Shown piece after piece: positions 49,543-61,883 of a stretch of DNA of 64,000 nt (within the stretch, counting starts at the first letter, position 1; each line of letters starts with the position of its first letter). The position numbers and the translations under genes are program-made. The stretch is from Ascoidea asiatica JCM 7603 (Eukaryota > Fungi > Ascomycota), in contig BCKQ01000005.1 in the NCBI GenBank assembly GCA_001600695.1, positions 859,820 through 923,819 on the forward strand, written 5' to 3'. The notes under the pieces were generated by a model. It was given only the letters and a program-made list of their open reading frames with translations. It had not been told where the DNA came from and ran no database searches.

Positions 49543-50042
49543 TCAATAACCTCTCATTCATTCATTCAATCATCTTTTTCTTCTTCTTTTTATATTTCTC
49601 TTCTTCTTCTTCTCTTTCTTCTCAATTCAATAAATGCTCATCTTTAATCAAAATTATCTTTTTTTTTTTTATTTTTTTAATAAAATTTTAATAAAAAATT
49701 TGACTTCGCACACATGCGCGCCACACCACGTCCATATACTTCCTACTACATTCATCTGCGTCTTTCTGCTTTTCTTTAATATTTTTTTTTTTCTTTGCCC
49801 TTTTGAAAATTTTCTTTTTCAAGTAAAATTTCTTTTTAATTATCAAATAACTCAATAATAATTTGATAGCCAAATAATAATATTAATCATAGACATATAA
49901 AAGAAATATCCCCTATATACTTTCTTAATATATTATATATATATATTTATAAATTTTTCATATATTTTCTATACTTTCTTACATTTGATATTCATTATCA
50001 ATCTTATTACATTTATATCCATATATATTTATATTTATTAAG

Positions 50043-53000
50043 ATGCCTCCGAAAGTAGAAAACGACTCAAAAAAGAGTCCAAATCAAAATAATAGAAAAA
50101 ATAAAGGTCGTAAATTAAATTTAAATAATGATCTTGATTCAATAATAAGTAATAATAATAATAACAATCATTATCAACAACAACCAGTACTTAATAGTGC
50201 TTATGGTTCTCCAGTTGGTTTTCAATCAAATGGTTTAAGATCTTCAAATCAAAATCAATCTTTTCAAAGTTATATGAATCAACAAAATCAACAACAAGCC
50301 AATTTAAATAAACCTTTTCATCGTAATCAAAAAAAGAAATATTCTAATAATTCTCAACCAAATAGTAATTTAGTTTCTCCTTCAAGTTCAACAACTTCTT
50401 TAACTTCTTTAAATTCAACAACTTCTTTAAATTCTTTAAATTCAACATCTTCTTTAAATTCTTTAGATACTTCATTATCAAAATTAAATTTAACTCCAAT
50501 TTCTGATTTAATTAATGAATTTTTATATGTTAATTCAATTTCTGAAATTAAAAAAATTTGTAATAAAATTATTCAAAAAATTTTAAATTCAACAATTGAA
50601 AATAAATTAAATTTAATTGAAATTTGGAATTTAAATTTAATTATTAAAACTTTATCAAAAAATAAAAATAAAAATTCAATTCTTATCAAAGAATCTTCTT
50701 TAATTCTTTTACAAACTTTAATTAAAAATTTATCAATTTATAATCCAAATGAATTATATTTTATAAAATTTTTAAATATAGTTTTAGATTTATTAAATGA
50801 AAAAGAAAATAATTTAAAAAGATCAACTCAATTAACTATAGATTTAATTTATAATTCAATTCCAATTCAAGCTTTATCTTCAATTTTATTACCTTTATTA
50901 TTAAATTATTTAAAATCTTCGGCAAAATGGATTTGTAAAATTGGTGCTTTAAAATTAATTAATAAAATTATTGAAGATTCTCCAAATGATTTATTAGAAT
51001 TTCAATTTTATGATACAATTCCAATTTTAACTGATATGGTAACTGATTTTAAACCAGAATTAGCTGAAATGGGTAAAAAAACAATTAATAATTTTGTTAA
51101 TATTTTAGATAATTTAGATCTTAAAAATAAATATCCAATAATTACTGAAACTTTAGCAAATCCAAAAAAAGTTCCTGATTGTATAAAAGATTTATCTTCA
51201 ATTACTTTTGTTGCTGAAGTTACTGAACCTGCTCTTTCTTTATTAGTACCAATTTTACATAGATCTATAACTTTATCGAATTCTTCTCAAGAACAATTAA
51301 GAAAAACTGTTATAATTATTGAAAATTTAACAAGATTAGTTAATAATAGAAGAGAAATTGAAAAATTTATACCAATTTTATTACCTTCTGTTAAAAAAAT
51401 TGTTGATAATGCTTCTTTACCTGAAGTTAGAGAATTAGGTGCAAAAGCTTTAAGTGTTATTGAAGATGCTAATAATCAAAAAGATGATCATAAATTTCAT
51501 GGTATCATTGATTTAGATACTTCAAAAGATTTAATTAAAGATAAAATTATTGATAATGATTTATTACTTAATTATCTTGGTACAATTATTCAATGTGATG
51601 CAAATGTTAATGATTGGAAAAGACTTCAAGAATTCCTTGAACAATGTTTTCAAGTTATTGATAAAAATGATAATTCTTCTGAAAATTTAGAACAAGAACT
51701 ATATATTCCTGAACTTATATTTTCTTCTGAAGATGAAAAAAAAAATTATATTGATTCTGTTATATCAAAATTAAGAATTATTTTTCATGTACCTGTAAAA
51801 TCTTCTTTAGATGATGGTATCGAAATTGTTAATGCCGATTTTTCTTTAGCTTATGGTAGTAGAATGTTATTAAATAAAACTAATTTACGTTTACTTAAAG
51901 GTCATAGATATGGTTTATGTGGTAGAAATGGTGCAGGTAAATCAACTTTAATGAGAGCTATTGCAAATGGTCAATTAGAAGGTTTTCCATCAAAAGATGA
52001 ACTTAAAACTTGTTTTGTTGAACATAAATTACAAGGTTCTGAAGCTGATCTTGATCTTGTTAGTTTTATTGCTCAAGATGAAGAACTTCAAAATGTTTCA
52101 AGAGATGAAATTTCTAAAGCTCTTGAAGAAGTTGGTTTTAATGATGAAAGAAGAGCTCAAAAAGTTGGTTCATTATCTGGTGGTTGGAAAATGAAATTAG
52201 AACTTGGTAGAGCTATGCTTATGAAAGCTGATGTTCTTTTATTAGATGAACCTACTAATCATTTAGATGTTTCTAATGTCAAATGGTTAGAAGATTATCT
52301 TATAAGTCATTTAGAAATAACTTCATTAATTGTTTCCCATGACTCCGGTTTCTTAGATATTGTTTGTTCTGATATTATTCATTATGAAAATAAAAAATTA
52401 GTTAATTATAAAGGTAATCTTTCTGATTTTGTTAAAACTAATCCAGAAGGAAAATCTTATTATACTCTTACTGATTCTAATGTTAAAATGGCTTTCCCAG
52501 CTCCTGGTATGCTTGCAGGTGTTAAATCAAATACAAGAGCTGTTGCTAAAATGACTGATGTAACATTTACTTATCCAGGTGGAACAAAACCATCTTTATC
52601 TAATGTATCTTGTGCTTTATCATTATCTTCAAGAGTTGCTATTTTAGGTCCAAATGGTGCCGGTAAATCAACTTTGATAAAACTTTTGACTGGAGAGTTA
52701 GTTCCTCAACAAGGAACTGTAGAAAAACATCCAAATTTAAGAATTGGTTATATTGCACAACATGCTTTACAATATGTCGAACAGCATAAAGAAATAACAG
52801 CTGTTCAATATTTACAATGGAGATATAGATTTGGTGAAGATAGAGAAGTTTTATTAAAAGAATCTCGTAAAATATCGTCAGAAGAAGAAAAGAAAATGAT
52901 GGAGCATGAATTTGAAATTGATGACGGACGTGGAAAAAGAGCTATTGAAGCAGTCGTCGGTAGACAAAAATTAAAAAAATCATTCCGTTATGAAATTAAA

Positions 53001-53705
53001 TGGAAATTTTGGTTACCTAAATATAATTCATGGGTAAGTAGAGAAAAACTTATCGAAGAAGGTTTTTCAAAGCTTGTTCAAAAATTCGATGATCATGAAT
53101 CATCTAGAGAAGGTCTTAGTGGTCTTGGTTTTAGAGATTCTTCTATAAAAGGAAATGTTGTAAAACATTTCGAAGATGTTGGATTAGATGGTGATATTGC
53201 TGAACATACTCCATTAGGCTCATTATCTGGAGGTCAACTTGTTAAAGTTGTCATTGCTGGAGCAATGTGGAATAATCCTCATTTATTGGTTTTAGATGAA
53301 CCTACAAATTATCTTGATAGAGATTCCTTAGGAGGTCTTGCTGTTGCAATCAGAGATTGGAGTGGTGGTGTTGTAATGATATCCCATAACAATGAGTTTG
53401 TTGGATCTTTATGTCCTGAACAATGGGTTGTTGAAAATGGTACTGTTGTTAATAAAGCCATTAAAGCAATTGATGAAAATAACTTTGAAGATGGTGGTCA
53501 TGGAAAACTTGCTAATAGAGCCTTAAATGCTCACATTACTGTTGATAATGATGATTCACCTGCAAATATCAAAGTCAGAACTAGAAAGAAGAAAATGACT
53601 AGAAACGAGAAAAAAGCAAGAGATGAAAGAAGACGTCTCAGATACATAGAATGGTTGTCAAGTCCAAAAGGTACACCAAAACCTGTTAATTCTGATTCAG
53701 AATAA
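50043..53705 (+). CDS. NEW1: eEF3-like ABCF ATPase New1 with N/Q-rich N-terminus
   Basis: HEAT region, two ABC cassettes (GRNGAGKST, GPNGAGKST), chromodomain insert, C-terminal RRLRYIEWLSSPKGTPKP. Confidence 0.95.
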   Translation: MPPKVENDSKKSPNQNNRKNKGRKLNLNNDLDSIISNNNNNNHYQQQPVLNSAYGSPVGFQSNGLRSSNQNQSFQSYMNQQNQQQANLNKPFHRNQKKKYSNNSQPNSNLVSPSSSTTSLTSLNSTTSLNSLNSTSSLNSLDTSLSKLNLTPISDLINEFLYVNSISEIKKICNKIIQKILNSTIENKLNLIEIWNLNLIIKTLSKNKNKNSILIKESSLILLQTLIKNLSIYNPNELYFIKFLNIVLDLLNEKENNLKRSTQLTIDLIYNSIPIQALSSILLPLLLNYLKSSAKWICKIGALKLINKIIEDSPNDLLEFQFYDTIPILTDMVTDFKPELAEMGKKTINNFVNILDNLDLKNKYPIITETLANPKKVPDCIKDLSSITFVAEVTEPALSLLVPILHRSITLSNSSQEQLRKTVIIIENLTRLVNNRREIEKFIPILLPSVKKIVDNASLPEVRELGAKALSVIEDANNQKDDHKFHGIIDLDTSKDLIKDKIIDNDLLLNYLGTIIQCDANVNDWKRLQEFLEQCFQVIDKNDNSSENLEQELYIPELIFSSEDEKKNYIDSVISKLRIIFHVPVKSSLDDGIEIVNADFSLAYGSRMLLNKTNLRLLKGHRYGLCGRNGAGKSTLMRAIANGQLEGFPSKDELKTCFVEHKLQGSEADLDLVSFIAQDEELQNVSRDEISKALEEVGFNDERRAQKVGSLSGGWKMKLELGRAMLMKADVLLLDEPTNHLDVSNVKWLEDYLISHLEITSLIVSHDSGFLDIVCSDIIHYENKKLVNYKGNLSDFVKTNPEGKSYYTLTDSNVKMAFPAPGMLAGVKSNTRAVAKMTDVTFTYPGGTKPSLSNVSCALSLSSRVAILGPNGAGKSTLIKLLTGELVPQQGTVEKHPNLRIGYIAQHALQYVEQHKEITAVQYLQWRYRFGEDREVLLKESRKISSEEEKKMMEHEFEIDDGRGKRAIEAVVGRQKLKKSFRYEIKWKFWLPKYNSWVSREKLIEEGFSKLVQKFDDHESSREGLSGLGFRDSSIKGNVVKHFEDVGLDGDIAEHTPLGSLSGGQLVKVVIAGAMWNNPHLLVLDEPTNYLDRDSLGGLAVAIRDWSGGVVMISHNNEFVGSLCPEQWVVENGTVVNKAIKAIDENNFEDGGHGKLANRALNAHITVDNDDSPANIKVRTRKKKMTRNEKKARDERRRLRYIEWLSSPKGTPKPVNSDSE

Positions 53706-54043
53706 TACCTCTTGCATGTTCGAAATTGTGATTTAAAAGTTATAATACTACTCTTTTTATATTTGTGTTTTTTTATTTCTTCAAACCTTTTTATTTCTAC
53801 TTTTTTACTATAGCTTCCTTTTTGATAGATAATATATAATTCATATACTTGGCTCAAATTCCAATAGATAGAAGCATTAATTCAATATTCAATCAAAGCA
53901 TTAAAATTTTTCAAATAAGTAAATAAACTATTGTTTATAAAACTATAAAAATAAATGTAAAAACAAAATAAAAGAGAAAAAAACCATTATACAAGCGTTG
54001 CAATAAAAAAAAATATATAAGATATAAAAAATAAACAAGAAAA

Positions 54044-57000
54044 TCATGCTTCAACAGCTAATTCTTCAAGCATTTTATAGTTACGTAACTCAATTGAACC
54101 ATTACCTGGTAATCTACTTGATCCCATTAAGTAATTATCTACAACACGAGCACATTGTCTTCCCTCTTGAATACCCCAAACAACTAATGATTGACCACGA
54201 CGGCAATCACCTGCTGCAAAAAGATTACTTTCATTATCAACTCTATAATCATTTTGCCCGGTAGTTGCAATTGTACCACGAGGAGTTTTCTTGGTTTCAA
54301 GTTGATCTGCTTCTGGTCCAAAAAAACCCATAGATAATAAAACAACATCGGCTGGGAAAACCTCTTCAGATCCAGGAACTTCAGCCATTTGCCAAGCACC
54401 AGAATCTGATTTTTTCCATTCAACTCTAACTGTTTTGATTCCCTTTACATTTCCTTCGCCGTCACCAATAAATTCTTTAGATAAAATGCAATATTCACGA
54501 GGATCTTTTCCATAATGTTCTTCAACCTCTACATGACCATAATCAACACGGAAAATACGAGGCCATTGAGGCCATGGATTATCTTTAGCACGTTCAGCTG
54601 GTGGATCTGGAAGTAATTCAAAGTTAACAACTGATTTTGCACCATGACGTGTTGCTGTACCTAAACAATCATTACCAGTATCTCCACCACCGATAACAAC
54701 GACATTTTTGCCAGCAAGAGTAACTCTAATATCTTCAAGCTCATTATCTAATAAGGCCTTGGTATTGGAACGAAGTAGTTGCATTGCGAACATAATATTA
54801 TTATTTTCACGACCAGGAATTTTTAAATCTCTTGGAATAGTTGATCCAACACATAGAATGACGGCATCATATTCTTCCTTAAGTTCTTCGACACTTATAT
54901 CTTCACCAACAGAAACATTGCATTCAAATGTGATACCTTCTTCTTCCATCAAATCAGTACGACGTTTAACAATTCTTTTATCTAATTTCATATTTGGGAT
55001 ACCGTACATTAATAATCCACCTGGTCTATCAGATCTTTCTAATACAGTTACCAAGTGACCAGCTTTATTCAATTGATCAGCGGCAGCTAATCCAGCAGGA
55101 CCGGAACCAACTACTGCAATTTTTTTACCAGTTCTAAACGTTGGAGGATTAGCTTTGATCCAACCTTGAGTGAAACCATGATCTATAATTGCAGCTTCGA
55201 TAGCTTTAATTGAAACAGGGTCATCAATTAAGTTAAGAGTACAGGCAGCTTCTTGACAAGGGGCAGGACAGATTCTACCAGTGAATTCTGGGAAATTATT
55301 GGTCATTAATAATCTCTGTAAAGCATCATACCATCTGTCTTTGAAAACAAGTTCATTCCATTTTGGAATAATATTAGAAATTGGACAACCACTATCAGAA
55401 GTACAATATGGAGTTCCGCAATCCATACAACGTGCAGCTTGATATTGAAGTTCTTCTTTAGTAAGACGAGAGGATAATTCTGACCAATCCTTGGTACGTT
55501 CTTTAACAGGTCTATATCTTTCTTTACGACGTTTATATTTCATGAATCCACGAATTTTATCAATTTTTTCGAACATTTTTTTTTCATGAGAAACATTGAT
55601 TATTGTATCCTCTAAATCTGCAACTTTAGGTTCTTTTGCAGTTTCTTTGAATGAAACTACTTTTTTAAGTTGATTTTTCATATGAGCTTTCTTTTTCATT
55701 ATTTCACCATTTGTAACATCGGATTCTGGATCTTGACGAATTGTTTTTATGAAACGCTCTCTTTCGAGCCTCTTAGCCTCTTCAGCTTTTCTCTTTTCTT
55801 CTTCCAAAACTTTCTTATATTCGGTTGGAAGAACTTTGACAAAACGTGGTAAGATACGATTAAAGTCAGAAAGTACCCTTTCACCTAGTTCTGAACCAGT
55901 GTAATGAACATGATCTTCAATTAAACCACGAACGAAAGCAATTTCAGCAGGATCACTTAATGTCATTAATTCAACCATTTCTGGGTTGATGTTTTCAGTA
56001 AGTTCTTGTCCAATATCTAATACATATGCAATACCTCCGGACATACCAGCAGCAAAGTTACGACCAGTTTTTCCTAAAACAATAACACGACCACCAGTCA
56101 TATATTCACAACCATGATCTCCTAGACCTTCAACCACAGCATTGGCTCCTGAGTTTCTTACACAAAAACGTTCAGCTGCAATACCCCTTATAAAAGCAGT
56201 ACCTGAAGTGGCACCATACAAACAAGTATTACCGATTATTATATTTTCTTCAGCTTTGAAAGTAGAACTTTTTGGTGGGTATATAATAAGACGACCACCT
56301 GATAAACCCTTTCCAACATAGTCATTAGAATCACCTTCTAATTCTAATGTTATACCTCTAGCAAGATATGCACCAAAAGATTGACCAGCATTACCTTTAA
56401 GATTAACATGAACAGTGTCTGTTGGTAAACCTTGTTCACCAAATTTTTTTGAAATACGGTATGATAATGTTGAACCTAAAGCACGATCAGTATTTATAAT
56501 ATCAGCTTCAATTGTAACTGGAAGACCACGGTCGAGAGTGATTTCGGATTCATCAATCAATTTATTATCAAGACGAACATGTAAACGATGATCTTGTTTC
56601 TTAACACATCGAGTAGCAACACCTGGACGAATAGTGTGAGCTGGTGTTAATATAGGAGATAAATCGAGATTAGCACTTTTTGTTGTTCTTAAGTCATCTC
56701 TAACCTTAAGTTTTTCAGCACGACCAACCATCTCATTAATTGTTCTAAAACCTAATTTGGCCATAATAGCTCTTAATTCTTGAGAAATATAATAGAAGAA
56801 ATTGATGACATGTTCAGGTGTTCCCTTAAATTTCTTTCTAAGTTCTGGATCAGAAGTAGCTACACCAACTGGGCAGGTATTTAAATGACACTTTCTCATC
56901 ATAACACAACCCATTGCAATTAAAGGTGCAGTTGCAAAACCCCATTCTTCAGCACCAAGCAAACATGCAACGGCAATATCACGTCCGGTTTTAAGTTGTC

Positions 57001-60000
57001 CATCAGTTTGAACAACAACACGACCTCTTAAATCATTGAGAACTAAAGTTTGATGAGTTTCAGCTAATCCTAATTCCCATGGTAAACCAGCATTTTTTAT
57101 ACCAGTCCAACGTGCAGCACCAGTACCACCATCATGACCAGAAATTAAAATATGATCAGCCTTAGCTTTTGCGACACCTGAAGCAATAATACCAACACCA
57201 ACTTCAGAGACTAATTTAACAGAGACTCTAGCTCTTGGATTAGAGCATTTAAGATCATAAATCAATTGTTTTAAATCTTCAATAGAATAAATATCATGAT
57301 GTGGTGGAGGAGAAATTAAGCCTACACCTGGTGTGGAATGTCGTGTTTTAGCAATAGAATTAGATACTTTATTACCTGGTAATTCACCACCTTCACCTGG
57401 TTTGGCACCTTGTGCCATTTTAATTTGCAATTCATCTGCATCAGAAAGATAGTATGAAGTAACACCAAATCTACCGGAAGCAATTTGTTTAATGGCTGAT
57501 CTCATAGTATCTCCATTATCGAAAACTATTGATCTTTCAGAATCTTCACCACCTTCACCGGTATTTGATTTACCACCCAATCTATTCATTGCAACAGCCA
57601 ATGTTGAATGGGCTTCCATCGAAATGGAACCATAAGACATTGCACCAGTGACAAATCTTCTAACAATCTCAGTCCATGGTTCAACCTGATCTATTGGAAC
57701 AGGTTTTGATGTTTCATAATCAAAATCTAATAACCCTCGTAAAGTACATTCTTTGATTGCTTGATATTCATTTTTAGAGTAAGCAGCATAAGCTTTTTCA
57801 TTTTTATTTCTTACAGCATCTTGAATATTTGCAATAGCAGTAGGATTATTTATGTGAGGATCTCCACCATCTCTCCAGTAATATTCACCAGTTTCAGGTA
57901 AAGCTTCTGGTTTTATAGTTTGTCTATCAGGGAAACCACGTTCATGTAAAGAAAAGGCATCTTGAGCAATATATTCAAAAGTTATACCTTTGATTCTTGA
58001 TGCAGTTCCTGCAAAACATCTGTCAACAACAGAATTATCAACACCTAATGCTTCAAAAATTTGAGCACCTTTATATGAGGCTAATGTTGAAATACCCATT
58101 TTAGACATAACTTTTAAAATACCACCATCAATTGAGTGTTTATAGTTTTCAATTACATCTTCATCAGTAATTTCCTTACGTAATAAGCCTTCATGGTTCA
58201 TTCTTATTAAGGTTTCCATGGATAAATAAGGATTGATTGCATCAGCACCATAACCAAGTAATACACACATATGATGAACCTCTCTAGCTTCGGCAGTTTC
58301 AATAATTAAAGCGACTTTTGATCTTTGTTTTTGACGAACTAAATAATGATGAACTGCACCACAGGCAATTAAAGCAGAAACTGGAATTTTTTGTGCGCTT
58401 GTTTTTCTATCAGAAAGTACAATAATACTTGAATTATTGATAATTGCATCAGATGTTTCTTGGCAAATTCTATCTATAGCATTAGTATAACCTAATAAAC
58501 CTTCGGATTTACTGAAAGTTATATCAATTGTTGAAACTGTATATTTTGGGAAAACTTTTGAAATATTGACTAAAGCTCTAAATTCAGGAATAGTTAAAAT
58601 TGGAGAATTTATTAAAATTCTACCACATTGAGCAGCTTTCATTTCTAGAAGATTACCTTGAGGACCAATATAACATTCTAAAGACATTACAATGCTTTCT
58701 CTTATTGGATCAATTGGTGGATTTGTAACTTGAGCAAATAATTGACGAAAATAATCATATAATAAACGAGGATTTTCAGATAAACAAGCTAAAGGTCCAT
58801 CATTACCCATTGAACCTAAAGCTTCTTTACCATCTTGAGCCATTGAAGATAATAAAAGATTTACTTGTTCATAAGAATAACCAAAAGATTTAAGTAAAGG
58901 ATCATATTGTACAGTTACATTACCAGATATGTCAACATCTAAGCATTGACTGAAACCTCTTGATTCAATTTTTTTAGTTAAATCTGGAATTGTTATTAAA
59001 TTTGCAGAAATCCAAGATTTGAAATCATTTCTTGAAGCAACTTTTTGTTTAAGTTCTCTATCATCGACAATTCTACCTTCTTTTGTATCAACTAATAACA
59101 TTCTACCGGGTTTAAGACGACCTTTATAAGCAATTCTTTCAGGGTCAATTGGTAAAACACCAACTTCAGATGCACAAATTATATGGTCATCATGAGTAAC
59201 ATAATAACGACAAGGTCTTAAACCATTACGATCTAAGTTTGCACCACAATATCTACCATCAGAGAAAGTAAATAAAGCAGGACCATCCCAAGGTTCCATT
59301 AAACAAGCAGCCCATTCATAGAATGCCTTTTTTTTTGAATCCATATTTGGGTTATTTTGCCAAGCTTCTGGAATCATAAGCATTATAGCTTCAGGTAAAC
59401 TTAAAACACCATTTATTATTAATAATTCAAGAACATTATCAACAGCAGCTGAATCAGAACCCCCTTCTTCGATTATTGGATATAATTTATCTAATTCATC
59501 ACCGAATAATTCTGAAGCCATTACACCTTCTCTTGCTCTCATCCAATTTTTATTACCACGTAAAGTATTAATTTCACCATTATGAGCAGCCCATCTTAAA
59601 GGTTGAGCTCTATCCCAGGATGGAAAAGTATTTGTTGAAAAACGAGAATGAACTAAAGCAAAATGACATTCATATTCAGAATTGACAAGATCATGATAAT
59701 AATTATAAACTTGTGCAGGTACTAATTGACCTTTATAAACAATATTTCTATTTGATAAAGAACAAATATAAAACCAATTATGTAAACCAATAATATGAGT
59801 TGATTGTTTTCTTAGTATATATAATTGAGTTTCAAACTGTTTTTGATAATTTAATTCGAAATCATCATTTGAAACTGATTTCATTGGAGTATTTGAAGTA
59901 CCATATAACGATTCTAGTACAACAACAGGTTGTAAAATTAATGGTTCTCTTGATAAAGCTGCTGGGCCTAAGATTGTTGAATCATGTGGTACTTTTCTCC

Positions 60001-60502
60001 ATCCAAGCACTCTTAAACCTAAAGAGGTTGCAATTTGTTCAAAAGTTGATTTTGATTTACTTAACACATTGCTATCATTTTTAAAAAATAAATTTCCAAC
60101 AGCATATTGACCTAAATCAGGTAAAGTTATATCAGAAATATATTTAAATTCTCTTAAGAAAAATTTATGGGGAATTGAAGTCATTACACCAGCTCCATCA
60201 CCATCTCTTGCGTCAGAACCTACAGCACCTCTATGAGTCATATTACAAAGTAAATATTTTGCATCAGATAAAATTTTATGAGATATTTTACCTTTGATAT
60301 TACATGTAAAACCTACACCACATGCATCTTTTTCATACTCAGGATCATATAAACCTTTTTTAGTTGGTAAGGTTTTTGCCCAAGATTTATTTTCTGGAGT
60401 TTCATCATAATTATAAACTGAAAATTCATTATTTTCATTATTTTCATCACTTTCATTATTTTCATAATTATGAAGTTTCTGTTGGCTTTCAGCAGAAACC
60501 AT
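54044..60502 (-). CDS. GLT1: NADH-dependent glutamate synthase (GOGAT)
   Basis: EKDACGVGF, HSRFSTNTFPSW, KMAQGAKPGEGG, CHLNTCPVG, C-terminal beta-subunit-like domain. Confidence 0.99.
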   Translation of the reverse strand: MVSAESQQKLHNYENNESDENNENNEFSVYNYDETPENKSWAKTLPTKKGLYDPEYEKDACGVGFTCNIKGKISHKILSDAKYLLCNMTHRGAVGSDARDGDGAGVMTSIPHKFFLREFKYISDITLPDLGQYAVGNLFFKNDSNVLSKSKSTFEQIATSLGLRVLGWRKVPHDSTILGPAALSREPLILQPVVVLESLYGTSNTPMKSVSNDDFELNYQKQFETQLYILRKQSTHIIGLHNWFYICSLSNRNIVYKGQLVPAQVYNYYHDLVNSEYECHFALVHSRFSTNTFPSWDRAQPLRWAAHNGEINTLRGNKNWMRAREGVMASELFGDELDKLYPIIEEGGSDSAAVDNVLELLIINGVLSLPEAIMLMIPEAWQNNPNMDSKKKAFYEWAACLMEPWDGPALFTFSDGRYCGANLDRNGLRPCRYYVTHDDHIICASEVGVLPIDPERIAYKGRLKPGRMLLVDTKEGRIVDDRELKQKVASRNDFKSWISANLITIPDLTKKIESRGFSQCLDVDISGNVTVQYDPLLKSFGYSYEQVNLLLSSMAQDGKEALGSMGNDGPLACLSENPRLLYDYFRQLFAQVTNPPIDPIRESIVMSLECYIGPQGNLLEMKAAQCGRILINSPILTIPEFRALVNISKVFPKYTVSTIDITFSKSEGLLGYTNAIDRICQETSDAIINNSSIIVLSDRKTSAQKIPVSALIACGAVHHYLVRQKQRSKVALIIETAEAREVHHMCVLLGYGADAINPYLSMETLIRMNHEGLLRKEITDEDVIENYKHSIDGGILKVMSKMGISTLASYKGAQIFEALGVDNSVVDRCFAGTASRIKGITFEYIAQDAFSLHERGFPDRQTIKPEALPETGEYYWRDGGDPHINNPTAIANIQDAVRNKNEKAYAAYSKNEYQAIKECTLRGLLDFDYETSKPVPIDQVEPWTEIVRRFVTGAMSYGSISMEAHSTLAVAMNRLGGKSNTGEGGEDSERSIVFDNGDTMRSAIKQIASGRFGVTSYYLSDADELQIKMAQGAKPGEGGELPGNKVSNSIAKTRHSTPGVGLISPPPHHDIYSIEDLKQLIYDLKCSNPRARVSVKLVSEVGVGIIASGVAKAKADHILISGHDGGTGAARWTGIKNAGLPWELGLAETHQTLVLNDLRGRVVVQTDGQLKTGRDIAVACLLGAEEWGFATAPLIAMGCVMMRKCHLNTCPVGVATSDPELRKKFKGTPEHVINFFYYISQELRAIMAKLGFRTINEMVGRAEKLKVRDDLRTTKSANLDLSPILTPAHTIRPGVATRCVKKQDHRLHVRLDNKLIDESEITLDRGLPVTIEADIINTDRALGSTLSYRISKKFGEQGLPTDTVHVNLKGNAGQSFGAYLARGITLELEGDSNDYVGKGLSGGRLIIYPPKSSTFKAEENIIIGNTCLYGATSGTAFIRGIAAERFCVRNSGANAVVEGLGDHGCEYMTGGRVIVLGKTGRNFAAGMSGGIAYVLDIGQELTENINPEMVELMTLSDPAEIAFVRGLIEDHVHYTGSELGERVLSDFNRILPRFVKVLPTEYKKVLEEEKRKAEEAKRLERERFIKTIRQDPESDVTNGEIMKKKAHMKNQLKKVVSFKETAKEPKVADLEDTIINVSHEKKMFEKIDKIRGFMKYKRRKERYRPVKERTKDWSELSSRLTKEELQYQAARCMDCGTPYCTSDSGCPISNIIPKWNELVFKDRWYDALQRLLMTNNFPEFTGRICPAPCQEAACTLNLIDDPVSIKAIEAAIIDHGFTQGWIKANPPTFRTGKKIAVVGSGPAGLAAADQLNKAGHLVTVLERSDRPGGLLMYGIPNMKLDKRIVKRRTDLMEEEGITFECNVSVGEDISVEELKEEYDAVILCVGSTIPRDLKIPGRENNNIMFAMQLLRSNTKALLDNELEDIRVTLAGKNVVVIGGGDTGNDCLGTATRHGAKSVVNFELLPDPPAERAKDNPWPQWPRIFRVDYGHVEVEEHYGKDPREYCILSKEFIGDGEGNVKGIKTVRVEWKKSDSGAWQMAEVPGSEEVFPADVVLLSMGFFGPEADQLETKKTPRGTIATTGQNDYRVDNESNLFAAGDCRRGQSLVVWGIQEGRQCARVVDNYLMGSSRLPGNGSIELRNYKMLEELAVEA

Positions 60503-61323
60503 TTTGAATATCGATTGGTTGATTATATATATATATTTGAATATGTTTCTTTGAAAGAAACCTTTTATTATAGCTTTAAAATATTGATTAAATAATAAAT
60601 GAGATTAGACTAAATATGAGGAAAAATGAAAAAAAAATTAAGATTTGAAAATGAATCAAATCGGAAGAAGTAAATTGAACTAAAAAAAACACGATAATGA
60701 TAGTTGGATTATATTTTTAATCAAGATTATATTTGTTTAAAAAAATATATTATAATTTGATATAATTTTATATAATTTGATTTGAAAAAGAATTGATAAA
60801 TGAAAAAAGTAAAAATAAGGATAAGTGATTATTTAAATTTAAGAATGAATAAGAAAAGGTATATTATTAATCAATCTAGAGGACAAATTGAATAAGAATT
60901 AAGAAGATGAGAAAATTTGCAGCTTCAAAAGAATATAATTTCCTTAGGAAAAGAAAATAAATTAAGTATGTTAAGACAGTTAAGCGAGTTAAGCGTGAAA
61001 TGTCGATTTGATGATCCAGTGCTAAATATTTACAACAGTGAAGATACTTTAAAAGAAAGTATTTTATGAAGATTAAATGCTTTTCCTATTGAGGAAACAA
61101 AAACCGGTATTCCGGGCAAGCCATGTGCGCTTATATACAGACACCTGCGCTCTAGGTGGTCTGGGCGAGGCAGCCCCAAGCCAATCAGCGGGGCCTGATT
61201 AGAGATCATTGACAGCAAGTGTCTGAAATCGGGACTGCCAACTATCCTCCCACAGGTTTGTGCCGACAGAAGTCCCATACTACAGAGGATTGTCCAAATT
61301 AGGATTTAGGGTTTGCAATCATT

Positions 61324-61566
61324 TGAGTCATACCTCCTCACCAGCTTAGCTTCCAGCTTAACTTTCTTCCCCAACTAGCAGTGTTTCGAGAAATTTATTA
61401 TACTTCTGCTGGAGGATGCTCCTTCGCCGGCGGATTTTTATCTGCGTTCAAAGGCATCTCACCGGTCCGGCCTCGGGTAGCACTTGTTTCTCTTTTTTAT
61501 TCATTTTCTCAGTTCTTTTTCGCTAAGTGTTGCAAGTATTCAAGACAGCACAGTAGTAATGACTCA
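61324..61566. promoter_or_regulatory. Two Gcn4-type TGASTCA sites upstream of GLT1
   Basis: TGAGTCA at 61324-61330 and TGACTCA at 61560-61566. GLT1 is a known Gcn4 target in S. cerevisiae. Confidence 0.6.
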
Positions 61567-61883
61567 GCACTGACTAAGCGACTTTTCTCCTCTAATTTTC
61601 AGTGGTTTAGATACACTTGACAACTTTAAAATTAGGCGATGAAAGAATAAAATTAACGTTTCAGCTGCCTTTTTGAAAGCATTGTTCTTGAATAATATCT
61701 AAAGTTTTATTGATTAATGATTACATAATCAGCTATTTCTTACTTAGTATGTTGAATAAGGCTAACGTTACTCAAAAAGTAACATGAGATCCTTAGTGGG
61801 ATTATAAAAATTAATTAAGATTCGTAATATTCGTAATTTCTTTTCTTTTTATATACAAAGTGAAATTTATATAAATATATAAT

